Of a stretch of 64,000 nt of DNA, positions 26,520 through 42,169 are shown in pieces. How positions within the stretch are numbered: position 1 is the first letter of the stretch; the number at the start of each line of letters is the position of its first letter. Origin of the DNA: Eledone cirrhosa (taxonomy: Eukaryota). Location: NCBI GenBank assembly GCA_964016885.1, contig OZ024743.1, positions 147,932,001 to 147,996,000 on the forward strand, written 5' to 3'. The position numbers and the translations under genes are program-made. The notes under the pieces are model-generated. The model made no database searches, was not told the DNA's origin, and saw only the letters and a program-made list of their open reading frames with translations.

Positions 26520-29339
26520 AAGAGAGAGAGAGAAAGAGAGAGAGAAAGAGAGAGTATGTCTGTGTGGAGAGATGTAATAGGGAAAAGAATTTAAGAATTT
26601 CTTTTGTAGAAAACTAAAACATTGAAACCAGCCCACAGTTCACGGAGTTAAGGCATCTTCTGAAATTCCTCGGATATGTTTTCTTTTTAAAGTTTTAATT
26701 TTTGTTAAATATTTTATTTTACAAAAGTGAGTTTAGTGGCATTGTTTTTTTCCATTTTTTTTTTTCATTTTTTTGCATTTGTTCTCTCCTTATTATTTCA
26801 CAACTTAGCTTATCATACATTGTCTTAGAGGTATATATTCCTTCTTGTTTAAATGCGTCTTTAATGAATTTAACATTCAATCTTGATCTTGTCCATTTGG
26901 CTTTCAGCAATATAGCGCTAAATTCATCATACTTCTATCTATTATCTCATCAAACATACCAACATCTTACAGCATCTATTTATGTATTCTATTTTATAAT
27001 TTGGATTTTTAAATTTTCTCTATTTTTTTGTATTTCTTTCTCATTTTTTCTTTACTGCATGGATATTGTGATCTATGTTATGAAGATTTTAACATCACCT
27101 CTATATAAGAGAGGTGTGACAATATTTCTGGGTGTCTGCTGTTTTTTGTATAACTTTTATCATGATGGGGGTTGAGGTGTACGCAGTGGTGGTGGTGGTG
27201 GTCGTCGATGTCATGCCGTTGGTAATGATAATGGCAATGACTGTCATGATGGATTTTGTGGTGGTTGTTTTGTTGTTGTGAACGAATGTACGTGATGATG
27301 ACGGTGATGATAGTGGTCGTGGTTGTAGTGGCGGTGTTAGTGGTGGTGGTAAGGTTGGATTTGTTATCGTCGTTGTCGTCCTAATATTATCTGTATTGAG
27401 TGTGATGGTAGTGATAAAGATGATGTAGTAATTAACAAGTAATTGTAGGAATACTGCTGATAATTATGAAAGTAATAATGATAATTGAAGAATTATATTT
27501 ATATCATAGTGAAAAGAAAATTAATACTTTTCTGAAATACTTATATAAAAAATATTTTATTGTCTATTAATTATGTATGTATGTCTGTAAGTTTGTGCTT
27601 ATATGTACATGGCTATGTAAACGTGTATGTGTGAATGTGTATATATAAGACAGTGGTAGACTATGTATGACAGCATGCGAAATTAAATGTGTGTAAGTGC
27701 TAATGCGCGTGTTTATTATTTCAAAATAACTTGAGTTAAAGAGTTTTGTCCCATATAAAATTCGAAGGTTACTAAAAACAAACCATTTTTTATTTGCGTA
27801 TATTTATTGTGTGCATAAGCAAATAGAAGAATTCGCTAGATTATACTAGAGTAGATGGCACTGGTAGGAATAAAAAACGTATCCCAAGTTATAATTGTGT
27901 AAAGAAGTGCCACATAAACTATGTTGAAGGAGACTCCCCCAGAATATGATCAATGAAGATGTGGGAAGAAGTCAACCTTACTATTCGATACAAAATAATC
28001 TGAAAAATTCCATTCAAATTTATATATATGTTTTAATTTCTCAGTTCAACGATTACTATTCGTCAACATTTAAACCACAAATCACCGTGGATGAGTGTTT
28101 TATACTATAACCTCTAGTTATATATTTGAAATTTGGTTGACGGAAACTGCGTATGAGCCCGTTAAATAGATCTTTCCTCTTCAATAACCTATTTACTAAA
28201 ACCATCTAACCCATGGCTACCATTTACGGTGTCTATGTTTTCAAGTACTTGGGCCAGGTATTCTTATTTATCAGACTAATTACCGAAACCATTCCTCCTT
28301 TCCATTAAACATTAGAAGCGCAGAAATATTAATTTCTAATTTTATTAGAAATCTATAGATAATGACTACTATTACCGAATCGACCAACATTTTCTTGACA
28401 GAAAGTATCACTCTGCTCATATAAATAAAGTAATGACCATAGATTCGTACGATGCTGCTGCTATTCGTACTATATAATATGTTTTGTGCTGTTGCTTATC
28501 TCCAAGGTAATCACTGTTCAAGCAAGAACGGGTTCAAGAGAAATGCTGATGATATGAATCTAATTTTCAAAGAAGATTGCTAACAGTATTACTCTCACCG
28601 GTCTCCAAGGTTTTGTAAGGGCTTCAGATAAACGTCTCCCTCTACAACAAACCAATAATAAATTCATTCGAGCCATTATCATCTTTTCTTTATGTATATC
28701 TAAGAAAACGTGTCCAATGTCCTTCATTTATGCGCTGGTAAGATACTGTTAGAAGGAAATTGGTAGCTATTTCCAGTAGTTTCAATAATTGCATGAAGGT
28801 TATCTTGTTTTATTTAGTTAGGCCAATCTGAGATAATGAGGTTTAACTAACTGGTGTTCTCATATCATCTCATTCTACTTCAATGCAATGAACAGTTGCG
28901 GAGTATTTGGTAAGTTTCCAATATGTTCATGCTTAAAGCTGACATTATTGTAGTGTCCCATTACCGACAATTGAATTCGGTACGTCAGTATCAGTATATT
29001 AACTGAATATTTTAGTATTTTTGTTGGGGGTGAGGGTGATTAAATTCCTCCATCTGTTAACGCAGAGGAATAGGAACATTTGCCGTAATTGGAAGAATTG
29101 TAACCTAATTTTTAATCTCAAACCCAGTTACAGGTTAAGTCATTCGTGCAGAACATATACAAACAGAGAGAGGGGGGCGGATCGATGAATTTAAGGTATA
29201 TATATATATATATATATATATAGTATTAAGGATACTATTTATGGTTATGTATATACTAAAACCTTTTATAGTTATATATATTTTAAACCCTAAACAGTGA
29301 AAGACAGTAATTTATTACTACCTTATTACCAGTAAGATA

Positions 29340-29452
<113 letters not shown>

Positions 29453-29554
29453 TGTCTGTGTATGCATGTGTGTGTGTGCGCATGTGTGTGTATGTATACG
29501 ATCTATATTATATAATATACATATAATATATATACATATATATATATATGTGTA

Positions 29555-29644
<90 letters not shown>

Positions 29645-31649
29645 TATACATATATACATATATAGAGAGAGACAGAGGAGGGGAGAGCGGAAATATATCG
29701 GTGGCAGAGACCCAATTGTGGTTTACAGTGCCAAGAACAAGATTCTCTCACCTGAGAATGAATAAATCTGCTGCAACAATTCATGAAAATATGCATATTT
29801 GTAGGTATACCCAGCTTCATCTCCTCTTCCCCCATACACACCGTCATGTAAAAATCAAACATACAATGCTATAGAAGAAGAAAAGATAAGAAATTATATT
29901 AGAGCTAATGTTTAAGCAGTGCAGCAATCTATAAGGGGAATCAGTAAAAGGAATCATTATACATAAGTATCTACTTCTAACTGATTCTGACATAAAGAAA
30001 AACAGTCTACATGTGTCTTCATTACATAAATTAATTTAGGAAGGAAAACTGTCTACTTTTCGAGATAATTCTTTCTGATTTCGCATCGTTTCCTTCATTC
30101 TGTCTTTATTACTTTGCTTTTGTTTATCAATTTTTCTCTATTTTTCTTCCATTCATTTCTTTCATATGATTCTTGTATTTCTATTTCTATTTTTCATTCA
30201 TTCCAACTACAGTTGATTCTTCCATTCTTTTCTTTGTTATTGTTTATTTTTTCTTTACTTATTTCTTTGTATCTGTCGTCTTTCTTTCAGTCTTCAGTCT
30301 GTCTCTCATAGTTTCCTTCTCTTTTCTGCTCTTCTTTACTTTCTTTCAGTCTCTCTCACTTTCGGTATTACTGATTTCTTTTTTTCATATGTTTTTGATT
30401 TTTTTCATCTTTTTTTTGTGTGTTCTTTCCGCATCTTGCTTCATTCTACAATAATTATTGTCTTGTGAACATCGTCAAAGAAATTATGTTATATACAAAA
30501 GCAATCTTAATTAGTGGAAATATCTATGTGAAACATATTAGGAAAAGGTTAAGGTTGGTAGTAAATTAGATGATGCATAGGAGAAAAAAAAACAATACCA
30601 AGATTGAATTATGGGAAAGAAATGCCAAATTGATGCAACGAAAAATGCATTAGAATGAATGAATATCATAAAACAATACAAAAGTAGAAAATAGTTTATT
30701 GATAGAAAGAAGCATATGTTGCTTATATTGTTTTTTCGAAGGTTGTTAATAGCGACAGCAGTCTGGTAACTGTTGTTGTGTGTGCTATGTTGCTAATAGC
30801 TGTAGTAGCTGGTAAATTTAGTACAATAGTTGTAATAATAATAATAGTTATTATACGGAACTGATTATGCAATGTTATACAATGTCGTTAATAATTATAA
30901 TATATCTTATTTATCATGATCGTGATGCATGTTTATGTATATACTTATTCAAACAAAACGTTGGATCAATCTAAAATAATAGGAAGAATTTAAACATTCA
31001 AATTTTAATATGTTTTTAACGTTATTTTTATTGTACCGTTTGAACAGAATCTTTGAACAAAACCCACGACTCCCTTTCTACAGCTTTCATTCACTTTAAT
31101 CCCCTCCTCCCACTCTCCTTCACTTCTTTATGACTTCCGCCCATCATTCCTAGCAAAACACTATTTATATATATATATTCTCGGTACAAAATGTTTTGAG
31201 TTCTTTAGCTAAAAATTGCATTTAAAGTTAAAAAACTAGCTCTCATATAGACAGAACAAAAAATACACTTACATATGTAAGCTTACGCATCTACATGCAT
31301 ATGCACACACCCACAAATGGCCTTACACACATATATACATCAGCGTGCACACCTGCACACATGCACACGAACATACACACGAGCGCGCACTCACACATTT
31401 CTGAATTTTCTTGTTTTGCTTATTATCACATGCCTATCTGGTAACAGGGACAATTATTACCCAGATTTAAAATCTATTTCTTGAAGATATTTTTGTAATG
31501 TAGTCGGCATGTTTGTTGATTTAATTAATGGATTAATTAATCAGCAAATTGTTATTGACATTTGCAATTGCATTTCGATAAATCGAAAAGAACGTATAAA
31601 TGAAAAGGTGATTTGAACTATAAAATGTTTCATTATTCACGTAAATTCA

Positions 31650-31761
<112 letters not shown>

Positions 31762-31775
31762 GAGAGCGAGAGATG

Positions 31776-31807
<32 letters not shown>

Positions 31808-32244
31808 CACACTCACGCACGCATATATATATATATACATGTGTGTGAATGTGTGTGTGTGTGTGAGAGAGTGTGTTTGTGTGTGCGTGTGTGCGTGTAT
31901 GTATATGTATGTATTTCTAAACCATTTCAATTACTCACAAATTCCATAAGAGTTTAACAAAAAACTCATTGAAAGTTAGAATCAGATTTTCGAAATTCTC
32001 ATAAATTTCTCTTGAATTATTAATCTGAGGAATATTGGTAACTCAGTAAAACATGTTTTGATATGAAGTCCGGCTAATCTGCTAAAGGAAAACAGTGGAA
32101 GCCAAACATTGTATAACTTAAATTTTAAACATAGTTAAAGTAAATCCCAGTGAGTAAACTGATTCAGGTCCTTCAGAATATCATTTTACATCATGTGTAT
32201 TACTTAGGGCTTTGGAGATACTTAATACTATCTCTTTATCGTAG

Positions 32245-32298
32245 CCTGCCTGAAAGTGAGGGAAGAATGTACTAACTACTCTAGAATAATGTGGTCAG
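32245..32298 (+). CDS. Candidate host exon, 54 nt, phase 1-1
   Basis: tctctttatcgtAG acceptor and CAG|GTGAGG donor; reads CLKVREECTNYSRIMWS. Confidence 0.35.
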
Positions 32299-33310
32299 GT
32301 GAGGAATTTATAAAATTATACAATTTGAAGGTTCTAGATAGTGCTACGTTTGCTCCTTTGATAAATTAATGTATCCATTACACATTTCAACATCTAGGAA
32401 CGAAATCATTACGAATTTCATCACAAATTAAAGAAATATTATGGAATTTCATTCTACTGACAGGTTGAATAAATATTGTTTCTTCATAGGTTGAATTTCT
32501 CCGAAATTCTCCGAGACTTTAGAGGTTCTTTGAAATGCCTTGAGAAGTTTTTGAATATTTAATTTTCTCCTTCCCATCTCGCCTCCTTATACTTTCTCTA
32601 AGCTCAGTGATGTGCAAAGATATTTCGTATGAAATCTACAGACTTTTGATCAACTCTTTCTTGTTTTCAAAAAATGAAAGTTATATTAAATGTTTGAGTA
32701 TCGAATTTTGTATAACATCTAATTATTATCTAAACCCCGATTAGCTGTTTTCTTCCCTAGTGTTAACATTTAGATATCTCTACCTTTTTATCTCACTTTT
32801 CTTTTCTTTCTATTCTGATTCACTTTTCGTGAAACCCTATTTCTCTCTCTCAAACTATTTTCATTTTTTTCTTAACATATAAACGGTTGAGTTTATTTGT
32901 CCTTGTTTCATGTTTCCATACATCCAAACGTACCCCTCTGATTACTAATAAAACATGCGCTCGTTTATCGTCTCCTCTGTCCAACACTTTAATTTTACTT
33001 CTCTACCGAATAGATATTTCTTTATAGATTCATTTCTCACATATCTCTATTTTCTAATAGTTCGAGTTATTATCTTTTGTTGTTATTCTGTTTCTTGTTT
33101 TTTCACCTTGTTTTTATATGTTCACGTTTATCTTCTTCTTTCCTTCATGTCTTTAGTCCTTTTCATAGTCTTTCTATATATATATTTGTTTTCCTGTCTA
33201 ACGCTTTTTCTACGCCTTTCTCTGTGAAATAATGATTTTTATGAATATCATTTTGATCCTATTTAATTGTATTATTTTATTATTTTTTTATCATTATACA
33301 TGTATGGCAG

Positions 33311-33340
33311 AACGGGGATCTGAAGAATATCAAAATATAG
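33311..33340 (+). CDS. Candidate host micro-exon, 30 nt, phase 1-1
   Basis: ggcAG acceptor and TAG|GTAAGT donor; reads (E)RGSEEYQNI. Confidence 0.35.
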   Translation, partial: NGDLKNIKI

Positions 33341-33819
33341 GTAAGTTTCAAAATACTTTTGAAAATAGAAAACCAAATGATGAGTTTAATTGTTTGGGAA
33401 TTTCCAGTAAATACACGTACTGTTCAATATGTATAAAGGTTATTTACAATGTACCTGAATGATCTGTATATCCGGATTGATGTGTTTGGTGTTGGATTTC
33501 GTTTTTAGCTATTTCAAGTGAAACAAACAGATTAACCTCTATCGTTGGAATATAAATAATTACATCATTAAAAAAGTATATATGCATTAGAAATATTTTG
33601 TATATATTTACTGTTCCAATTACAGAAAGATAGGATTGAATAATCAAAATACGACCAGACAGAAGAGGAAGCATAGAAGAAAACAAATAGTCATTGAGTA
33701 GGTCACAAAATGAGTGTCGAAAGGATTTTGACAAACTAACTAATAACTACTAATGAAGCTGAAGTAAATATCTAATAATGAGTGTGATTTTATCGGCAAT
33801 ATTGGCAACATAACTATCC

Positions 33820-33859
<40 letters not shown>

Positions 33860-35968
33860 TCAGGTTATCAATAATGTAGTGATAATATATCGTTACGTTA
33901 GAGATGAACAGCGTACGTGTAGGTTTGCTCAACGAGTATAAATTATATTCCGGAGAAAATGTAGAAAAGATGAATATAAAATGAAAGTGCTTTAAAAAAA
34001 AAAAAGGAATTTATTAGGTATTGACATATGTTTCTGTAACAGACGGAATACCTATGTATCGCTGCTTGCGTAATCATATAATGTGAGCAAGTATTCGATA
34101 GCAAATGTATAATCAGTTGTCACTTCTTCAGAAATTTTGGATAAATAGGAAAAAATCAGAAAAATTGAAGTATTTATATTAGTTGTAATAGAGGAAGAAG
34201 AGAGGGGATAGTATATGACAGATGGTAATTCAATTTATATATATATATATATATTTATAAGTCTGTATAAATGTGAGTGTGTGTATATTCATGTATATGA
34301 GTGTGAGGGATGTTTCTTTATTGGGGTCTTTGCTTAATTTCTCAACACCTTCGAGCGTATCCAGTACGACAAACATATGGTCCACATACTACCTCAAACA
34401 CTGCAAAGCTGAGTTACACAGAGGATATGACTTGACGTTTACATTGGTGATTGACATAGACAGCGAGCTATTTAAATGTGAACCGTTATACATCTTCATA
34501 TCCTTTTTATATCTTGACCAAGCCTAACTTCACGATAAATGCTAGCAGGCTGTATTACATTAATTTTAATCAAACAGCAAATATTATTTAAACCTTTTTA
34601 ATGATTTACACTTAAATAACCCACCCTGTGTTGGGATACCATATTCTTATCAATTGTGGCCGTGTAGGACCCCGCTTTTATAATTTCCCTTGCGGACAGC
34701 GAAATGGTCATTTTTTTGTAAATAATATTAATACTCTCTTCCGTATGTCAACTGATATAGCCGGTCATATCTGTGTTGCATATTTCTATAGATTATTTAA
34801 TGGAGGTTCTATTGGTTCTGCTAATCGAAAATTCGCAGATAGATTTTGTAAGACTCTGTATAAATTCTTTCAACACTGATGGTTTTTCTATTTTGGTAAT
34901 GTACTTTAGTTTGAGTCCAATATTTCTCATTTTGGGCCATATTTTGCCTTGAAATGGAATTTAGTAGCAAGATTACTTCAGCTGATTACTTGTGAAAGAT
35001 TAAATTATATATCTTTCTGTATCGGTTGAGAGATTTTCATTCATAGAGTTGAGTTTGAATGAAAACAGACAGACATACGCACACATACATACATCCTTGA
35101 AATTAAGAACAGGATAAACACTCAAACAAAAAGCTTCTGGTGTGCTAATTGTAGGAAAACAATATTCTCATGAAAACAATTTCCTAAATGCGCTGCATAT
35201 GACCCCAATATCATAAGATAATCCTGAATGCTACAAAATGTCATATCTGGCGCTAAAATTATAACGGTGTACAACATGTGATGGAGAGTATGTTTATGAT
35301 AGAGAGGTTTTAATTATTATTTACTTCAAATCTAAAGACTAATAGATGCATATGTTTAATTACCACATTGTTTCTAAATGAAAAAAAATAATATAAATTG
35401 GTAAACAAAATTAGCTTTGATGCAAAATACTTTAACAGACGCATATACACTTACACATATGCATAGACATAACCCCATAAATACACACATATATGCAAGC
35501 ATATACATACACTCACACACACACAAACACATATATATACATATATATACACCCATACACCCCTCACACAAATACATATGAACATATATATATAAATATA
35601 TACATAAAATAATGCGATGCGTGTGTGAGAGCGAGTGTGTGTGGGTGTGTAAAGGAGAACATGAAGAAAAGATCCTCACCAACTCTCTTAATGCCCAAGT
35701 TAAAGAGCTCAGCTGTAACCCATTCTAAAAGCCTCCACCCATTTGTTCAGAAGCTCTTAATAAATTCCCACATGTGAATTTCTCCCATGTTGCACCTGCT
35801 TTTTTAAGATATCGTATATTTTGGTATTTTTCGTATCCTTTGCTTCCACGTTATCATTTATTTTTCTTTCCAGAAATCATCTAATTGGTGATAGTTTCAA
35901 TTCTATAATTAAACAATTCGTTGCTAATTGTTTACTATAATTCTTTCAGATACAGTTTTTCTTTCCCA

Positions 35969-36077
<109 letters not shown>

Positions 36078-36139
36078 ATATACATCTCTCTCTATTTATC
36101 TAAATATGTGTATGAACGTGTATCTATACGTATATACAT

Positions 36140-36197
<58 letters not shown>

Positions 36198-36208
36198 TAT
36201 ATATATAT

Positions 36209-36333
<125 letters not shown>

Positions 36334-36358
36334 TATACATATATATATATATATATAT

Positions 36359-36441
<83 letters not shown>

Positions 36442-36689
36442 TTTATATACCTCTATATGTCAGTTTACTTTTTCAGATTCCAATGAGTCAGATGGTATAT
36501 AGGAAAGATTATTTAACACATAATGCATTCTTAATTACGTCGATACGTCTTTGGTGCGTAAATTTATTACTTTCTATTTATTTAGTTCTACTGTTTAAAA
36601 AGATGAATCATTTTTGCTATAGGTAATAACATCAGCAAAAACAACAACGACAATAACAACAACAAGAACAACATCAGCAATAATAATAA

Positions 36690-37470
36690 TTCTATCTACT
36701 TTTGGCACAAGGCCAGAAATTAACCAGTGCATTACTGATACTTCATTTTATCGACCCCGTAAGGATGAAAGGCAAAGTTAACCTCGGTGGGATTTGAACT
36801 GAGAATGGCAAGGTCCGTAACTCTATGCATCAAAGCATGGCGTCCGGCCCTCTATGATTTCTACTTTAGGCACTTGGCCAACAATTCGGGAGCGTGGAAA
36901 GTCGATTAAATCAGTCCCAGTGCTAAGCTGTTGCTTTGTTTATCGACCCCGTAAGGATGAAAGGCAAAGATAACCTCGGAGGAATTTGAATTCAGTTCAT
37001 AAAGTGCCGTAACTCTATGCTGCAAAGCTTGGTGTGTGGCCCTCTATCGATACTGTCAATGCACCACCCAAGTAATAGTAATAATTGTTTCTACTTTTGG
37101 CACAAGGCCAGCAATTATCAAGTACATTACTGGTACTTTATTTTATCGACCCGTAAGGACCCCGGTGAGATTTGAACTCAGAATGGAAAGAGCCGTAACT
37201 CTATGCATCAAAGCATGACGTCCGACCCACTACCGATACTGCCAAAATGCACAAGGCCAGCAATATTTGGGGAGGCGAAAGTCGATTAAATCGACCCCAG
37301 TGCGTGACTGGTACTTTGTTTTATCGATCCCGTAAAGATGAAAGGCAAAGTTAACCTCGGCGGGATTTGAACTCTGATCATAAAGGGCCGTAACTCTATA
37401 TTGGAAAGCTTGGCGTTCGACCCTCTACAGATACTGCCAATGCACCACCCACGTAATAGTAATAATAATG
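36690..37470 (-). repeat. Cluster of four SINE family 1 copies (short+long dimer, twice)
   Basis: Short and long variants alternate; aatgcaccaccca(a/c)gtaatagtaataat closes both dimers (near 37058 and 37439). Confidence 0.88.
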
Positions 37471-37983
37471 AAAATAACAGGGGACATTACACACATTTTA
37501 TCATTCGGGCATAAGTTTTTGTCCAATTTTACATATTTACACCGACAGCGATCGACTAAAAGTAACATCAATTGTTTCTGTAAATGATCAGGGAAGCGCT
37601 GTAAAGGTCACATTTATTTTCCCCAAGAAAACAGACTCTTGAAGGCCATTCCAAAGTTTTTCTTCTAACTTTTCAAAAAATTCAAAATGTATTTTGAAAT
37701 TTGCAGAGTATTGTAAGGGACACTTAAATTCTTTGGAAATGATAGGACTGTAGTCTTCACATATGATATTTCTCAGGCATTTGAAACCAGGCTGATGTCT
37801 TCCAGAAAATAACAGAGAAAGAGAGATAGAGAAAGGTAGTTTTGGGAATTATCGACCTCAATTAATCGAATAGTACTTTATTTATCGACTTCGTAAAATG
37901 AAAGTTAAAGTTGACCTCGTTGTGGTTTGAACGCAGAGATCCGTAAGCCGGAACATATAACTAGGCCTTTCTAATCTTACAAC

Positions 37984-38024
<41 letters not shown>

Positions 38025-38076
38025 GTACATACATATATGTATACAGACGTACAGTAGTATGTATATATATATACAT

Positions 38077-38108
<32 letters not shown>

Positions 38109-38230
38109 GTACGTATGGATTTACCGAACATTTATTATAATGCTCGGTTTGTTTGTAATCAAATATCCCGAATTAAGCCGTACAGTGTCTAACAACCATC
38201 GTTGACCTTTTGTTCAACACTGACAAAGGA

Positions 38231-38273
38231 ACGTTGTACTAGTTTCAAGCTTATTAGCTATCGTCAGCACCGT
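38231..38273 (-). ncRNA. Minimal type I hammerhead with intact core
   Basis: acggtg CTGACGA t-agct-aata-agct-t GAAAC TA GTA caacgt; palindromic helix III ACTAGT; 5 of 6 helix I pairs. Confidence 0.8.
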
Positions 38274-38282
38274 ATACCTTCC

Positions 38283-38319
38283 TGTCAGATGATTGAACGA
38301 CTGAAAGTATATACTATCA
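38283..38319 (+). ncRNA. Hammerhead-like motif (U4A variant), degenerate
   Basis: tgt CAGATGA ttgaacgact GAAA gtatatac TA tca; palindromic AGTATATACT; helices I and II weak. Confidence 0.45.
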
Positions 38320-38397
38320 TTATGCATATTAACGGCTGAGCAGCCTAATTTGCATGTCGAGTGAGTTAATCAACTGGGCGCACCAAAAAACAATAAA

Positions 38398-38530
38398 TGG
38401 AAAAAATGAAACGAAATTTCATTTCTCACTCTTAGTACGGCTGTAACTTAAATATAAGTATGTATACGTACATACATATATGTAACAGCCGTACTAAGAG
38501 TGAGAAATGAAATTTTGTTTCATTTTTTCC

Positions 38531-38531
<1 letters not shown>
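38398..38531. repeat. Inverted repeat with ~50 bp arms next to (TA)n
   Basis: tggaaaaaatgaaacgaaatttcatttctcactcttagtacggctgt ... acagccgtactaagagtgagaaatgaaattttgtttcattttttcca. Confidence 0.9.
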
Positions 38532-38594
<63 letters not shown>

Positions 38595-39529
38595 ATATAT
38601 ATGTAGAAAAAAAGATGAAATCGAAAATGCAACTGGAGTCTTATTTAAAAAAATATATATATATTTATTTTGTTCCTTCACCGGTTTCGCAGTTCTTCTG
38701 CTTTTCAAAAGTAGAGTTTAGATGGAGGTTCTTTGTTTTTTCTCACATCATATATATATATATGTGAGTATATGTACTTTTGTGATCTAAGAAAATTATG
38801 CGTTTTGGCTATATGTCAACATGCATTTATTTGGGATTGATTATTTATACATAGACCCACTTGAAAATATTTACTATTTTATATTTTATGATGCATCATA
38901 CGCTATACTACACTATATGCAACGTACCATACTGCACTAACATATAATTTTTACATCCCTTTTTAAACTTCATTCCACCATCTACATTCCACTATCAATA
39001 CAACAATCCCTTTTCTTCATAGGTTCTTCATAGTAATTCTATTTTTAACACCATTCAACCTTTCCTTTCAAATGGTCATGACCTTAACTAAAGTGAGTTA
39101 TATTTCGTATTAACATCATATGGCAAAACACCATTTGATTGGTTTGTTCTTCAGCTACCTCCAAATAAGGTCATAGAACTCAATTTACTATTGATTTTGA
39201 ATAACATTTTCATTGCTTTTGACAACGGCTGACGATATACACGTAGGTAAATATAATCCTTATTTGATATTTTGTAACTAACCTTACGTAGATCAATAAC
39301 GAAATATGCGTATGATGTATTATTATCACCTAGAAACGATCGTAAAGAAGTGCAATATATCCCTAATGACTTGAATTTTTATTTCATTGTTTTAATTTAT
39401 ATTATGACCCTGTTTTCCTTTTGATGTTTTATTGTTTTCCGGGATTTATTTTAACCTACAACATTTTCAACATATGGATTACATTGAGTTCTTCATGCAG
39501 ACTACACTCCACAACTAACCGTGGATATT

Positions 39530-39586
<57 letters not shown>

Positions 39587-39755
39587 AGTCTTTGTATCAC
39601 CATATGATATATGAAAAGATATTTTGGTATATCCTTTAAAGTTGTATAAGTTTAAAGTTCATTGAAATATCTATGTTGAGAAATACAATCAATATATATA
39701 TATATACATACATACATAAATACACACACACACACATACACACACACACACACAT

Positions 39756-39834
<79 letters not shown>

Positions 39835-40177
39835 CAGATTTTAGTGTATATCTGCTCTAAGTTTTATATTTGTGGAACTGCTATATATGGACTTGGTTTG
39901 GCTGCTAGGTTAGCGCACTTTATGATCAGTCCTGTTAAATATCTCTACTTCGGTATGACGTTACATGCGCTTTTATTTAGTGCGCCTTCCTCTAGACAGG
40001 TAGCTAATTAAAGTACAATGTAAGATTTATATAGAAAAGTCACGGTGCTCTCACTGACTGATTTTCTTGTGGTATTGATGATGTTTATTACAGACATCGA
40101 AGTACATAATTCTAGTCTTTGTTTCTCAACTTGATATATGAAAAAGATTTTTGATATATACTTTAAATATATAACAC

Positions 40178-40328
40178 TGGAAGAGGAAGACCGAAGTTAA
40201 ACATATGTTAACTGCCCTAAGGACAGACACTGGTCTGTTGGAAACGCAGGTCATGGTAGCGATAATGAGGTACAGAGACCGATGGAAAGAACTCGTCCAT
40301 GGATCTCAGGAATTTTACCCGCCCTAGA
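40178..40328 (+). mobile_element. RTE-clade LINE 3' end, second copy
   Basis: Homologous to the reverse complement of 15889-16040; followed by (TA)n. Confidence 0.85.
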
Positions 40329-40417
40329 AATATATATATATATATATATATATATTTCTTGAATTTCATTACCATGTTTAAGATAATGAACAACTAAATA
40401 AAAAGTGATATAATAGT

Positions 40418-40426
40418 GATGATGTA

Positions 40427-40505
<79 letters not shown>

Positions 40506-40515
40506 ATGATGATGA
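40418..40515. repeat. (GAT)n microsatellite
   Basis: Directly visible. Confidence 0.97.
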
Positions 40516-41303
40516 CATTGACGATAATAATAATTAGCAATAATTATAATAATATAAGGTAAATTGATATATACTTATATAAGCCATGTCGAATTGATAT
40601 ATACTTATTTAAGCCATGTTGTGTGCTGTCGTAGTCTAAAATAAAACAATCACGAATATAAGAATGATTAAAAAGAAAACAACTAAATTATGAAACAAAC
40701 ATGATAATGAAAAACTAATGGGTGTGATAAAACTGCTACTGTTACGTGAAAGAAAAAACCTTAATTCTATTAAATAAGAAATTTACACAAGTTTATATAA
40801 GGAATTAATTAATTGTTCTTCCGAAGTTAGAAATAGGAGAAATATTCTCCAATAGAAAAGATAACCGACCATCACGTCTTTTGAGATGGAACCAGACAGG
40901 TGTTATGCTTTCTTCTTTCTTTCTTTCCCCAAATCTTCTTTTGGTATGGGTGCAGATAAGTATATACACTGATTAGAATTCAGGGCTTCGCCTAGGTAAA
41001 GTTTCGATCAAGACGTTATCACTGAAGAGAAAGTAATATATATAAATGAAAGATATGAAATAAAAAAGTGTAACAATCTGTTACATTTTCCTTCATTTTG
41101 ATTGAACGTGCCTTTTATTCGCACTAATTATATGTTCTGAGATATGCAGTTTGAATAAGATGGTGACGGTTAATTTTATAATACAAAGGAATCAAAGATT
41201 TCAATGAATAATTTTAGGCAATAGATGCATTACTGCAATGTTAGTATTTTCCAAAATCACCAAGCCCTACACATATGTATATATTTATATACTATATACT
41301 ATA

Positions 41304-41425
<122 letters not shown>

Positions 41426-41543
41426 TATGGGGTTAACAGCAGAACAGGGATGTGCAGATAACATTATAGTCTGTCGGTTGTGAAGCGCTCAACGACATGT
41501 ATAAATGGTACAAGACGGAACATTATATATTAATAAAAGAACT

Positions 41544-41926
41544 GAGGCCATATTCAGTTGATTCAAGTTTATTTAAAAGTCTGTTACACATATTTTACTG
41601 AGGACTATCAGTTATGATAGCCTGACCTCTTCAGATGGCAAAACCTAAAATAAACATTGAATGTTCCTAATAAATGTGGAAAAATCCAATAATTACCCCG
41701 ACAAAGATTTTCTTTTCATGATACAGGAGCCGGCCGTCGAAGAAATAACACTACGCGTTCGGCCGACCGCCTGTATCATAAAAAGAAAATCTTTTTGGGA
41801 GAAATTACTGTATTTTTAAAGATTTAAGTGTTTATTAGGAACTTTCAATGTTTATTTTAGGTTTTGCCGTCTGAAGAACTCAGGCTGTCTTAACTGATAT
41901 CCTCAGTTTCAACTGAATATAGCCTC
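41544..41926. mobile_element. Old fold-back element (~170-190 bp arms) with CTGAAGA in each arm
   Basis: gaggccatattcagttga...tcaactgaatatagcctc; ggcaaaacctaaaataaacattgaa is mirrored; the GAAA half of the core has decayed. Confidence 0.8.
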
Positions 41927-41930
41927 TGAT

Positions 41931-41982
<52 letters not shown>

Positions 41983-42169
41983 TGATGATAAAAATATTGG
42001 TGACCAGTGCAAGATAGCTGATTTCAATATTTTAAGGTTTGAGGGTCCCTTAAAATAATCGTTTACATCACCTCCAAGAGATAGCGTCTAAAAGACATTT
42101 TTTTTCCTTGTGGAACCTTAAAACTACTAATTTAATGAGTGAAATGAATCAAAACCTTTGTTTACGCGA

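Noticed and set aside
38485-38531. Hammerhead within the 38398 inverted repeat
   Set aside because: A helix-III-like hairpin follows GAAA, but the first core reads CTAAGAG and helix I is absent.
41015-41040. CTGAAGAGAAA core-like string
   Set aside because: No helix II or III; expected by chance in AT-rich DNA.
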